Origin: an uncultured Chloroflexia bacterium
GTDB taxonomy: Bacteria; Chloroflexota; Anaerolineae; CG2-30-64-16
NCBI GenBank assembly: GCA_963810095.1
Contig: CAWEMM010000006.1
Coordinates: 1,216,001 to 1,280,000, forward strand
Reading direction: 5' to 3'
Length of the DNA stretch: 64,000 nucleotides
A program made the translations under genes and the position numbers. Of this stretch, positions 47,063-58,011 are shown in pieces (positions within the stretch are counted from its first letter, which is position 1; the number at the start of each line of letters is the position of its first letter). A model generated the notes under the pieces. It saw nothing but the letters and a program-made list of their open reading frames with translations. It was not told the origin of the DNA and made no database searches.

Positions 47063-48624
47063 ATGGAGCATAAAGGCATTCAGCGCATCGAGATGTGCGA
47101 CATCGTAAAGCGGTTCCCCGGGGTGTTAGCCAACGACCGGGTCTGCTTTGACTTCGTCGCGGGCGAGGTGCATGCCCTGTTAGGGGAAAACGGCGCGGGC
47201 AAGAGCACGCTCATGCGCCAGCTCTATGGCCTCTACCGCCCCGACGAAGGGCAAATCATGATCGACGGGAAGCCGCACGTCTTCCGGTCGCCGGCGGACG
47301 CGATCAAGTCCGGCATCGGAATGATTCACCAGCACTTCATGCTGGTGCCCACGCTCACCGTCACACAGAACGTCGCGCTCGGCCTGAAGTCGACGCGCGA
47401 GCCCGTGACCGACCTGGACAAGGTCGCCGCCCGCATCCGTGACCTCTCCAAAGAATACGGCCTGAAAGTGGACCCAAGCGCATACGTTTGGCAGCTTTCG
47501 GTCGGCGAGCAGCAGCGCGTCGAGATCCTCAAGGCGCTCTATCGCGGGCGCCTGCATGATTATCATGGACGAGCCCACCGCGGTCTTGACGCCCCAGGAA
47601 GTCAAAGACCTGTTCGTCACGGTCAGCGCATGGTGCAGGAAGGCCACGGCCTCGTCTTCATTTCGCACAAGCTCTACGAGGTCATGGCTATCAGCGACCG
47701 CGTGACCGTGCTGCGTGACGGCCGCATGGCGGGCACGAAGCTCGATCGGCGAAGTCACACGCGACGACCTGGTCAAGATGATGGTCGGCCGCGAGATCAA
47801 GCCGCTCGCGCCGCAGCCGATGAATGCCGGCGCGGTGCGGCTGAAGATCGACAACCTGCAGCGCCATGGGCGATCGCGGGGTCGAGGCGCTGCGGTCCGT
47901 CAGCCTGGAAATCCGGGCCGGCGAAATCCTGGGCCTGGCCGGCGTGTCGGGCAACGGGCAGCGCGAGCTGGCGCAGTGCCTGGGCGGGCTTCGCAAGCCG
48001 ACCGCCGGCACCGTCGCCGTCGACGGCAAAGATATTACGGGCGCCTCGATTCAGGAGCGCCTCGCAGCCGGGCTGGCCTATATCCCCGAGGAGCGCATGC
48101 GGGACGGCGCGGTCCGCGAGTTCTCGGTGGAGGAGAACATCTTCCTCCAGGAGCACGGCTCGCCGCAGTTTACGCACGGCATCTTCCTCGACTTCGGCAA
48201 GATGGCCGCCCATGCCAAGCAGCTGGTCAAGCAGTACGCCGTCAAGACGCCGAAGCTTGACACGCCGATCAAGAACCTGTCCGGCGGCAACATCCAGAAG
48301 GTGATCATGGCGCGCGAAGCTGTCGCGCAAGCCCGGCGTGTTGATCGCCGCGCAGCCAACTCGCGGGGTCGACATCGGCGCCAGCGAGTACATTCACCAG
48401 CAGCTGCTCGAGCAGCGAGCCGGCGGCATCGGCGATCGCTGCTGATTTCGGAAGACCTGGACGAGGTGCGCGAGCTGTCCGACCGGATTGCAGTCATGTA
48501 CGAAGGGCGGATCATGGGGATCCTGGACCGAGACGAAGCGACGGTGGAGAAGCTGGGCCTGATGATGGCCGGTGTGTCGGTCACGACGAGCCGGGCGCCG
48601 AAGCGGCGCCGGCCGAAACAGTAG
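47063..48624 (+). CDS. Nucleoside ABC ATP-binding protein; indels
   Basis: GENGAGKST, GMIHQHF, GVSGNGQ, LSGGNIQK, ISEDLDE. Confidence 0.87.
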
Positions 48625-48636
48625 AGGCGTAACACG

Positions 48637-49571
48637 ATGGACTTGACGAAGATCAGCATGGGCGGACAGGCGGCGACCGTTGCCATCCCCCGATGACCGC
48701 TTCGAATACACCCGGGCCGAGAGCATCGCCCACGCCGTGGCGTTGCTCAACGAGCCGGGCGTGCGCGGCCGGGTGCTGGCCGGCGGCACGGATCTCGTGC
48801 TGCTGATGCGCGAGGAACACGACCTGTGCGACCGGGTAGTGGACATGACGCTGATCCCGGAGATGCACGAAATCCGGCGCGAAGGTGACGTAGTCACCAT
48901 CGGCGCGGCCGCGTCGTTCAGCGAGATCATCGACTCGCCCGTGGTGCGCGAGACCGCGCCGCTGCTGGTCGAAGCGTGCCATGCGGTCGGCGCGCCGCAG
49001 ATCCGCAACATGGGCACGCTGGGCGGGAACGTCGCGAATGCCGCCGCGTGCGCCGACTCGCTGCCCGCGCTCGTCTGCCTCGACGCGGTCGCGCACGCCC
49101 TCACGCCCGCCGGCGCCGCTCGAGTGGCCGGTGGCCGACCTCGTGATCCGGCCGAACCAGACCAAGCTGCCGCCGGGCGCGCTGCTGACGGCGCTGAGCT
49201 ACCGCGTGCCTGCGGCGGGCAGCCGGAGCGTCTTTCTCAAGCTGGGCCGGCGCAATGCGATGGCGATCTCCCGCCTGACCGTGGCCGCGCTCGGCCGGGT
49301 GGACGCAGCGGGCAAGGTCGCCGAAGTCCGGCTCGTGCCCGGCTCGGCCACGCCGCAGATCCGGCGCTTTCCCGCAGGCGGAAGCGCACCTGCTCGGGCA
49401 GACCCCCAGCGTCGACGCTGTGCGAGGAGGCGGCGCGGGTGGCGGTGGAGGAGATGCCGGAGATCACCGGCAAGCGCTGGTCGAGCGAATTCAAGGAGCC
49501 CGCGCTGCTCTCCATGGTGGCGCGTGCGCTGCTGCAGGTGTTCGACCTGTCAGGCAAGGGAGGGCGCATGA
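48637..49571 (+). CDS. xdhB: Xanthine dehydrogenase-family FAD subunit; indels
   Basis: LAGGTDL, QIRNMGTLGGNVANA, FLKLGRRNAMAIS. Confidence 0.85.
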
Positions 49572-50081
49572 GGATCGAGTTTACCTTGAACGGGCAGCCC
49601 GTCAGCGTCGAGGCGCCCGCCGCACATCAGCCTGCTGCACCTGCTGCGCGACTATGCTGGGCCTCACCGGCACCAAAGAAGGTTGCGGCGTGGGCGAGTG
49701 CGGCGCGTGCAGCGTGCTGCTGGACGGCAAGCTGGTCAATTCCTGCCTCGTGCTGGCGCCGCAGGCCGGCGGGCGAAACGTCGTGACGATCGAAGGCGTC
49801 CGCGGCGCGGACGGCGGGCCGAACGATCTGCAGCAGAACTTCATCGACCACGGCGCGGTGCAATGCGGCTACTGCATCCCGGGCATGGTGCTGGCGGGCG
49901 AGGCGCTGCTGGCGCAGACCCTGACGCCCAGCCGCGCCGAATCCGCGAGGCGATCGCCGGCAACCTGTGCCGCTGCACGGGCTACCAGCAGATCGTCGAC
50001 GCCATCGAGGCGACGGCCGCCGAGACGGCGAGCGGCAGAACGGGCCGCCGAGCTGACCGCGCGGAGGTGACCCATGGCTGA
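49568..50081 (+). CDS. xdhC: Xanthine dehydrogenase-family 2Fe-2S subunit; indels
   Basis: GTKEGCGVGECGAC, QCGYCIPG, GNLCRCTGY. Confidence 0.87.
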
Positions 50082-52443
50082 ACTGCAAGTACATCGGCAA
50101 GCCCGCGCAGCGGGTCGACGCGCTGGACAAGGTGCTGGGCACGGCCAAGTACGCGGGCGACTATCGGATGCCGGGCATGCTCGTACGCGCGCTGCCTGCG
50201 CAGCGATCTCCCGCACGCGCGCATCGTCCGGCTCGACGTGACCCCGGCGCTGCAGGTGCCCGGCGTCTGCGCCGCGATCACCGGCGAGGACTTCGTCGAG
50301 CACGGCAACTTCGGCTATCCCGGTCGAGGATATGTACATGCTGGCGCACGACCGCGTGCGCTACGTCGGCGACGCGATTGCGGCCGTCGCAGCCGAGAAC
50401 GAAGAGGCGCTCGCCGCCGGGCTGGCCGCGATCATTTGCGAGCTGGAGCCGCTGCCGGGCGTTTTCGACCCCGAAGAGGCGCTCCGGCCCGACGCGCCGC
50501 TGGTCGGCGAGCAGCCCTGGGATTCGCCCGACCGAGCCGCGCGGCAACCTGCTGGTCAAGCACATCGTGCGCAAGGGCGAGCCGGAGCCGATCCTGCGAG
50601 CAGTCCGAGGTCGTGCTGGACGAGCATTACAGCACGGCGCACCAGGAGCACGCCTACATCGAGACCGAAGCTGCGCTGGCCGTGCCCTGGCCCGACGGCA
50701 CCGGCGTCACGGTCTACTCGCCGAGCCAGAGCCCGTTCAACGACCGCAACAACCTGTGCCGGGTGCTGGGGCTCGGCGTGGAAAACGTGCGCGTGATCCA
50801 GCCGCCGGTCGGCGGCGCGTTCGGCGGCAAGGACGACCAGATCTACCAGACGACGGGCCAGGTCGCGAAGCTGGCGCTGCTCACGGGCCGGCCCGGTGCA
50901 GATGAGCTTCCGCCGCGAAGAGTCGATGATCTTCTCGTACAAGCGCAACCCGATGCGGGTGCACATCCGGCTGGGCGCCGACCGCACCGGCCGGCTGCGG
51001 GCGAGCAAGGTCGATCTCGTGGTGGACAGCGGCGCGTACTCCGCCATCACGCCGTTCGTCGCCTGGCGCGGCAACATCCACGCCATGGGCGCCTATCGCT
51101 ACGACGCGTGCCACGTCGACACCCACGTCGCCTACACGAACAACGGGTATACGGGCGCGTTCCGCGGGTTCGGCAACACCGAAACCACGGCCTGCATCGA
51201 GCAAGCCATGGACGAGCTGGCCGACCGCCTGGGCATCGATCCCATCGACCTGCGCCTGACGAACTGCCTGCGCCCCGGCGACGAGACGGCGCACGGCCAG
51301 CGCCTGGGCGACGACGTGGGCCTGGTCGAGTGCCTGGAGCACGTGCGCCGCGTCTCCGATTGGGACCGCAAGCGCAGGGAATACGGGGAGCAAAAGGGCG
51401 GCGGTTCTGCGCGCACTCACAACCCGGCGCGGGATCGGCGTGGCCTGCTTCTTCCACGGCCTGTCGCTCGGCGCGGAAGGCGACGACTTTGCCGTCAGCA
51501 CGATCCAGGTGAACGACGACAACTCGCTTACCTTCACGTCGGGCCTGACCGACTACGGCACCGGCTCGCGCACGGTCTACACCTTGATCGCAGCGGAAGT
51601 GCTGGGCCTCAAGCCGGAACGCTTCCACATGCACCGCCCCGACACGGACACTGCGATCGCCAGCGGTCCCACCGTCGCCTCGCGCGCCACGGTGCTGGGC
51701 GGCAACGCGGTGCGCGTCACGGCCGAACGCCTCAACAGCGTGCTCGGTGAACGCGGCGGCTAACCTCTTCAAGTGCAGCACCGCCCAGGTGCTGCGCGAC
51801 GGCGAGCAGTTCATCGGCCCCCAGGAGGAGCCGGTCTCCTTCGAGGACGTCGTCAAGCACGCCCGCAGCATGGGGCTGGCGCTCTCGGCGCACGGCCGCT
51901 GGGACGCGCCCACCATCCACTGGTCGCTCGAGGACGGCACGGGCAAGCCCTACTTCGCCTATCACTACGGCGCGCAGGTCGCCGAAGTGAGCGTGGACAT
52001 GGGCACGGGCAAGGTGAGCGTTGCAGGCATCTGGGCCAGCCACAACACCGGCACGGTGATCTTCCCGCAGGGGATCCTCGGCCAGCTCTACGGCGGCATC
52101 ACGCAAGGGATCGGCTACGCGCTCATGGAGCGGGTGGACTTCGACAAGGGCTACATCCAGGCGACCAACTTCGACGAGTACCTGATCCCGACCGCGCTCG
52201 ACGTCCCGGACATCGAGGGGCACTTCGTCCAGAAGCCGTTCAGTCCGGGCCCGTTCGGCGCCAAGAACATCGGCGAGCCGGCGCATGGTGCCCACGGCGC
52301 CGGCCATCCTGAACGCCGTCTTCCAGGCGACTGGCAAGCGGGTGCGCGACCTGCCGGCAAACCTGGAGCGCGTGCTGCTGGGTCACGACCTGCGGCAGCG
52401 GGGCTCGGATCGGGCCTGCAAGCTGGGGCTCAAGGCGGGCTGA
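50074..52443 (+). CDS. xdhA: Xanthine dehydrogenase-family molybdopterin subunit; indels
   Basis: KVLGTAKYAGD, QEHAYIE, GGAFGGK, AFRGFG, TVASR, GGITQGIG, GAKNIGE. Confidence 0.87.
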
Positions 52444-52493
52444 ACCGAGACCCGGAGGGCTTCGAATGCCTCCGGGGTCTGCACCTGCGGAAT

Positions 52494-52543
52494 TTGGCAC
52501 GCAGCGAGGATCGTGTATAATACGGGTTGTCAGACATCTGACA
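52494..52543 (+). promoter_or_regulatory. Promoter and GntR-type operator
   Basis: TTGGCA-16 bp-TATAAT (52516); TGTCAGACATCTGACA at 52528-52543. Confidence 0.72.
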
Positions 52544-52577
52544 TCTCTGTATCTTTCTTCACGGTTCTTGATTTGCC

Positions 52578-53348
52578 ATGACCAACGCACCTGGTGTCCG
52601 CCTTCGTGCAGACAACCGGCCCCTCTACATGCAGGCCTCCGACGCGCTGCGCAGCCTGCTGCAGGGCGGCGAGTACGCCATCGGGGCCCGCTTGCCTTCC
52701 GAGCCGGAGCTCGCACAGCGGCTGGGCATCTCTCGGCCGACGCTGCGCGAGGCGCTGCAGACGCTCGAGGAAGAGGGTGCAATCGTTCGCCGGCACGGCG
52801 TGGGCACGTTCGTTGCCGAACCGCGGCCCGTGCTCGACGCCGGGCTCGAGGTGCTCGAAAGCATCGAGCAGATGGCCCGCCGGGGCGGCCTGCACGTCGA
52901 CATGGGCGAGGTCGTCATTGCCGAACGGGTCACGACGGATGAAGAGACCGACGGGCTGGGCCTGGCCGCGCCCGAACCGGCCATTGCCGTCGTCCGGGTC
53001 ATCCTGGCCGAGGGCCAGCGCGGGCTGCAGCCCGTGGCCCACCTGACCGACGTGCTGCCGCAGCGCTTCCTGCGCCGGGCCGATCTCGGCCCTGGCTTTC
53101 ACGGCTCGGTGCTCGACACGCTGCTGGCCCGCGGCTGGCCCAGCCTCTCGCACTCGCGTACCGAGCTTCTCTCGGAAGCGGCCGGCCCCGAGCTGGCCCA
53201 CGCCCTGCATGTCGCGCCGGGTGCGCCGCTGATGAAGCTCGACGCCCAGCTTTTCACAGCAGACGGGCAGATTGCCGATTACTCCATCAGCTATTTCGTG
53301 CCCGGTTCGTTTCGATTTCACGTCGTGCGACGCGTCGCAGGCGCCTAA
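52578..53348 (+). CDS. GntR/HutC (UTRA) regulator
   Basis: LPSEPELAQRLGISRPTLREAL...RHGVGTFV. Confidence 0.9.
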   Translation: MTNAPGVRLRADNRPLYMQASDALRSLLQGGEYAIGARLPSEPELAQRLGISRPTLREALQTLEEEGAIVRRHGVGTFVAEPRPVLDAGLEVLESIEQMARRGGLHVDMGEVVIAERVTTDEETDGLGLAAPEPAIAVVRVILAEGQRGLQPVAHLTDVLPQRFLRRADLGPGFHGSVLDTLLARGWPSLSHSRTELLSEAAGPELAHALHVAPGAPLMKLDAQLFTADGQIADYSISYFVPGSFRFHVVRRVAGA

Positions 53349-53477
53349 CCGGGTGCCCCGCCGAGCGGGCACCCCGCCAAGCGGGCGCACGACGCCGAGC
53401 GAGAACAGCCGCAGCTTCAGTGGTGGGCGCGTCCGCAGCGCTTCGCCCGCCCGATTACAGTGAGGAGAGCCAGAACC

Positions 53478-54708
53478 ATGAGTTCTACCCAACAGCTAGC
53501 CGAAGTCCGCACCCGCGTTAACCAGAGCCGCGACGAAATCCTGCAGTTCCTCCGCGATATCTGCGCCATCCCGTCCATGAATTCCGAGATCGGCCCGGTC
53601 GGCGAGCGCATCCAGCAAGAAATGCGCAAGCTGAACTGGGACGAAGTGCGCTTCGACAAAATGGGCAACACGATCGGCCGCATCGGCGACGGGCCAAAGG
53701 TCATCGTTTACGACTCGCACATCGACACCGTCGGCATCGGCGACCCGAACGAGTGGCCCTGGGACCCCTTTGTGGGCAAGATCGAAGACGGCCGCCTGTG
53801 GGCGCGCGGCGCAGTGGATGAGAAGGGCAGCACGCCCGGCATGGTGCACGGCCTCGCCATCGCCCGCGACCTCGGCCTCCTCGACGGCTACACGGTCTAT
53901 TATTTTGGCAACATGGAAGAATGGTGCGACGGCATCGCGCCCAACACCTTCGCCGAGGTCGATCCGAAGGTGAAGCCCGATTACGTGGTGATCGGCGAGC
54001 CGACCAAGATGAACGTCTATCGCGGCCACAAGGGGCGCATCGAGCTGAAGATCACGGCGTCGGGCCGCTCGGCCCACGCGGCTTCGCACTACCTGGGCGA
54101 CAACGCGGTGTACAAGATGATGGCCGTCATCACCCAAATCCGCGAGCTCGACCGCCGCATGCGGTTCGGCATGGGCTATCACCCCCTGCAGGGTTATCCT
54201 TCCATTGCCGTCACTAACGTGGAAGCCCGCACGGCTTCGCTCAACGCGGTGCCCGATCAGTTCACCATCTACATCGACCGCCGCATCACGAGCAATGAGC
54301 CGCATGACAACGTCATCGAGGTCGTCAAGGGCCTGATCCCCGACTACCTCCAGGACGAGATCCACGTCGAAGAGCTTTTCTATGACACCCCGTCGTACAC
54401 CGGGTTTGTCTTCCCCGTGTCGAAGTACTATCCGGCATGGGTGCTCGAAGACACGCACCCCCTCGTGCACGCGGGGCAGTTGGCCGGGCAGCAGGTTTGG
54501 GGCGCTACGCCCACGCTGGGCAGCTGGGACTTCTCGACGAACGGCACCTATTGGGCAGGCAAGGCCGGCATCCCCTCCATCGGCATGGGGCCCGGCGACG
54601 AAAAGACCGCCCACATGATGAACGAGAACGTGCCGCTGGACGAGGTCGTGGCCTGCGCCGAGTTCTACGCGGCGCTCCCCCAGGCCATCCGGGAGTGCAG
54701 CTGCATAA
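53478..54708 (+). CDS. ygeY: YgeY-family M20 hydrolase, copy 2; terminal indel fuses it to the next ORF in the track
   Basis: YDSHIDTV, RGAVDEKG, MEEWCDG, RGHKGR, WDFSTNG, GMGPG. Confidence 0.83.
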
Positions 54709-54723
54709 GCAGGCTGTTACGTT

Positions 54724-54801
54724 CACAGAAAGGACACGAAGACCAAAGTGCGACTAAGCCCTGCTACCTTGCGCAGCTTTGGTTTTTTGGTCCTTTGTGG
54801 T
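54724..54801. repeat. Intergenic palindrome with ~9-bp-periodic arms (degenerate)
   Basis: CACAGAAAGGACACGAAGACCAAAG...CTTTGGTTTTTTGGTCCTTTGTGGT. Confidence 0.65.
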
Positions 54802-54848
54802 TGAGGTCGAACATCACGGTACCCACACCATTCAGGAGGCATGCATCA

Positions 54849-55829
54849 ATGCGTAGCTTTGCTGGTCGTGACATTCTGTCGCTCAAAGACTTCGAGCGGC
54901 AGGAATTCTTCCGCGTGTTCGACGTCGCCGAACAGATGGAGCCGATCGCGCGCAACCGGCGCAATGTGGACATGTTGAAGGAGAAGACCCTCGTCACCGC
55001 CTTCTACCAGCCCTCCACCCGCACCCGCCTGGCCCATGAAGCGGCCATGCACCGCCTGGGCGGCCACGTCACCGGCTTCTCCGATTCCAAGATGACGCGC
55101 GCGGGCGACTGGTACCAGGAGTCCATCAAGGACACCGTCAAGATGCTGGAGTTCTACGGCGACGTGATCGTGATGCGCCATTTCCAGAAGGGCGCACCGC
55201 AGGAAGCCGCGAAGTGGTCCTCCATCCCCATCATCAACGGCGGTGACGGCTGGGGCGAGCACCCGACCCAAATCCTGACCGACCTGTACACGGTGCTCGT
55301 CGCGCGCAAGCGCATCGACGGCCTGAAGTGGGTCGCAGTGGGCGACATGCGGATGCGCACCATGCACTCGCTGGGCTACGCGCTGAGCCAGTTCGACTGC
55401 CCGGTCACATTCATCGGGCCCTCGGCCGACGCGCTCTTCCCGGGCTCGCCCGACATGAGCATGCCCGCGGAGTACAAGAGCGAGTTCGACCAGTACTCGC
55501 TCAACTACCGCGAAGCGGAGTCCATCGAGCAGGTCATCGCCGACGCGGACGTGATCCTGGTCGAACCCGTCATCCAGCCCGACTACACGCAGGCCCGCCA
55601 GGAAGCCTCGAAAGACCACAGCCTGACGCCGCCGGCCTACAAGATCACCCGCGAGCTGCTGGCCACCAAGGCGAAGTCCGACGCGATCCTGCTCCATTCG
55701 CTGCCGCGCATGGACGAAATCCCGCTCGACGTCGACATCACGAAGTGGTCCCGCTACTGGCAGGAAGCCTACCACGGCGTCGTCATGCGCATGGCCCTGC
55801 TGGCGCTGGTTCTAGGAAAGACGGAATAG
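54849..55829 (+). CDS. ATCase-like carbamoyltransferase
   Basis: AGGAGG RBS; FYQPSTRTR, ESIKDT, HPTQILTD, HSLPR. Confidence 0.85.
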   Translation: MRSFAGRDILSLKDFERQEFFRVFDVAEQMEPIARNRRNVDMLKEKTLVTAFYQPSTRTRLAHEAAMHRLGGHVTGFSDSKMTRAGDWYQESIKDTVKMLEFYGDVIVMRHFQKGAPQEAAKWSSIPIINGGDGWGEHPTQILTDLYTVLVARKRIDGLKWVAVGDMRMRTMHSLGYALSQFDCPVTFIGPSADALFPGSPDMSMPAEYKSEFDQYSLNYREAESIEQVIADADVILVEPVIQPDYTQARQEASKDHSLTPPAYKITRELLATKAKSDAILLHSLPRMDEIPLDVDITKWSRYWQEAYHGVVMRMALLALVLGKTE

Positions 55830-55834
55830 ACGAT

Positions 55835-55896
55835 AACACGAAGACACAAAGGCACTACGACCTTTTAGAACCCTGGTGTCTTTGTGCCTTTGTGTT
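55835..55896. repeat. Intergenic palindrome with 9-bp-periodic arms
   Basis: AACACGAAGACACAAAGGCAC...GTGTCTTTGTGCCTTTGTGTT. Confidence 0.78.
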
Positions 55897-55943
55897 GAAC
55901 GCTATATCCCTTGCAAGACAGACCCATTCAGGAGAAGTATCTG

Positions 55944-56933
55944 ATGCAGACCTACCTTCACGGCCGTGATTTGATTGGCGACCTCGACTTTTCGAAGGAA
56001 GAGGTCGAGACTGTCCTCGACGTTGCCTTCGACCTCAAGCGCAAGCAGGCGCTCCGCGAGCCGCACGCGTACCTCCGCGACAAGGTGCTCGCGATGCTGT
56101 TCTTCTTCAGCAGCACCCGCACCCGCGGCTCCTTCGAAGCCGGCATGGCCCAATTGGGCGGCCACGGGGCATTCATCGAGAGCACCACGACCCAGATCGC
56201 GCACGGCGACACCCCCAAGGAAATCGGCGAGATCTTCGGCCGCTACTTCGACGGCATCGCCATCCGCCACTGCGACTGGCCGATCGGCAACGCCTACCTG
56301 AACGCCGTTGCGGCGGCCTCCCGGGTGCCGGTTCTCAACATGCAGTGCGAGATCTACCACCCGTTCCAGTGCCTCGCCGACCTGATGACCATCATGGAGA
56401 AGAAGGGCCGCGACCTGCGCAAGAAGAAGGTCGTCGTGTCGTGGGCCTACGCCGAGTCCTATCTCAAGCCGATCTCGGTGCCCCAGTCGCTCATCCTGCA
56501 GCTGCCGCGCTTCGGCATGGACGTCACCCTGGCCTACCCGCCCGGCTTCCAGCTCATGCCCGACATCGTCGGCCAGGCCCAGGAGCAGGCGCGCAAGTTC
56601 AAGACCAGCTTCGAGATCGTCGAAGACAACAACGGCATGGACATCGCCTTCAAGGACGCCGACGTGATCTACGCGAAGTCGTGGGGCCCGCTGCTCACCA
56701 CCACGGACAAGACCGAAGGCAAGCGGCTCCAGGACACGTTCAAGAACTGGATCACGGACGAGCGCAAGATGGGCCTGGCCAAGGAAGACGCGATCTACAT
56801 GCACCCGCTGCCCGCAGATCGCAACGTCGAGGTGACGGACGGCGTCATCGACGGTCCTAACTCGGTCGTCTTCGACGAGGCGGAGAACCGCCTCCATGCG
56901 CAGAAGGCCGTCATGGCCTTGACGATGGGCTAA
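55944..56933 (+). CDS. ygeW: YgeW/ArgF'-like carbamoyltransferase
   Basis: SSTRTRGSFE, HPFQCLAD, SWAYAESYLKPISVPQ (YgeW-type loop), MHPLPADR, EAENR. Confidence 0.75.
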   Translation: MQTYLHGRDLIGDLDFSKEEVETVLDVAFDLKRKQALREPHAYLRDKVLAMLFFFSSTRTRGSFEAGMAQLGGHGAFIESTTTQIAHGDTPKEIGEIFGRYFDGIAIRHCDWPIGNAYLNAVAAASRVPVLNMQCEIYHPFQCLADLMTIMEKKGRDLRKKKVVVSWAYAESYLKPISVPQSLILQLPRFGMDVTLAYPPGFQLMPDIVGQAQEQARKFKTSFEIVEDNNGMDIAFKDADVIYAKSWGPLLTTTDKTEGKRLQDTFKNWITDERKMGLAKEDAIYMHPLPADRNVEVTDGVIDGPNSVVFDEAENRLHAQKAVMALTMG

Positions 56934-56943
56934 GAGGTAACAC

Positions 56944-57912
56944 ATGAGCATTTCCGTCACTGAAGGCGCCGGCAAGGTCGCTGTCGTCGCCGTCGGCGGC
57001 AACGCCCTGATCCTGGATAAGCAGCACGAGGATGTGGCGTCGCAGGTCGGTGCAGTCGAAGAGACAAGCAAGCACATTGCCAACATGGTCGAGCGCGGCT
57101 GGAACGTCATCGTGACGCACGGCAACGGCCCGCAGGTTGGCTTCATCCTCCGGCGCAACGAGCTGGCGGCGCACGAAGTGCACAGCACGCCGCTCGACGT
57201 CATCGGCGCAGACACCCAGGGCTCGATCGGGTACATGATCGCCCGCGCGCTGGACAACGAGTTCAGCCGCCGCGGCATCAAGCGCTCGGTCGCCGCCGTG
57301 GTCACCCAGGTGCTGGTCGACCGGGAGGACCCGGGCTTCAAGAACCCGACCAAGGGCATCGGCGGCTTCACGACGAAGGAAAACGCCGAACGGTTCGAGG
57401 CCGAGGGCTGGATGGTGAAGGAAGACGCCGGCCGCGGTTGGCGCCGCATGATCGCCTCGCCCATCCCGCTCGAGATCGTCGAGATCGACGCGATCAAGAC
57501 CCTCATCGCGAATAACTTCATCGTCGTGGGCGTGGGCGGCGGCGGGATCCCGGTCGTCAAGGACGAGCAGGGCAACCTCAAGGGCGTCTTCGCAGTCATC
57601 GACAAGGACCGGGCAAGCGCACTGCTGGCTGCCGAGATGAAGGTCGACGTGCTGCTCATCAGCACCGCGGTCGAGAAGGTCGCGATCAACTTCAACAAGC
57701 CCGATCAGAAGTGGCTGGACGTGATGACGCTGAGCGAGGCCAAGGATCTCTACAAGCAGGGCCACTTCCTCTCAGGCAGCATGGGGCCGAAGATCGAAGC
57801 GATCATCGCCTATCTCGACGCGAACCCGCACGGCAAGGGCCTGATCACCGACCCGCCGCACATCGTCGACGCGCTGGACGGCAAAACCGGCACGTGGATC
57901 GTACACGACTAA
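56944..57912 (+). CDS. arcC: Carbamate kinase
   Basis: AVGGNAL, THGNGPQVG, EDAGRGWRR, GGGGIPV, AVIDKD, GSMGPK. Confidence 0.94.
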   Translation: MSISVTEGAGKVAVVAVGGNALILDKQHEDVASQVGAVEETSKHIANMVERGWNVIVTHGNGPQVGFILRRNELAAHEVHSTPLDVIGADTQGSIGYMIARALDNEFSRRGIKRSVAAVVTQVLVDREDPGFKNPTKGIGGFTTKENAERFEAEGWMVKEDAGRGWRRMIASPIPLEIVEIDAIKTLIANNFIVVGVGGGGIPVVKDEQGNLKGVFAVIDKDRASALLAAEMKVDVLLISTAVEKVAINFNKPDQKWLDVMTLSEAKDLYKQGHFLSGSMGPKIEAIIAYLDANPHGKGLITDPPHIVDALDGKTGTWIVHD

Positions 57913-57922
57913 GAACGAGGCC

Positions 57923-58009
57923 GCCACGAATTACACGAATTCGACGAATTGGACGAGGCGCTCACAAGCCATTATTCGTGAAATTCGCACAATTCGTGTA
58001 ATTCGTGGC
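57923..58009. repeat. Intergenic palindrome with 9-bp-periodic arms (CACGAATT type)
   Basis: GCCACGAATTACACGAATT...AATTCGTGTAATTCGTGGC. Confidence 0.82.
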
Positions 58010-58011
58010 TA

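Noticed and set aside
53460-55829. 789-aa YgeY-carbamoyltransferase fusion
   Set aside because: The linker is a translated intergenic palindrome; there is an off-frame TAA at 54706 and a separate AGGAGG/ATG at 54849.
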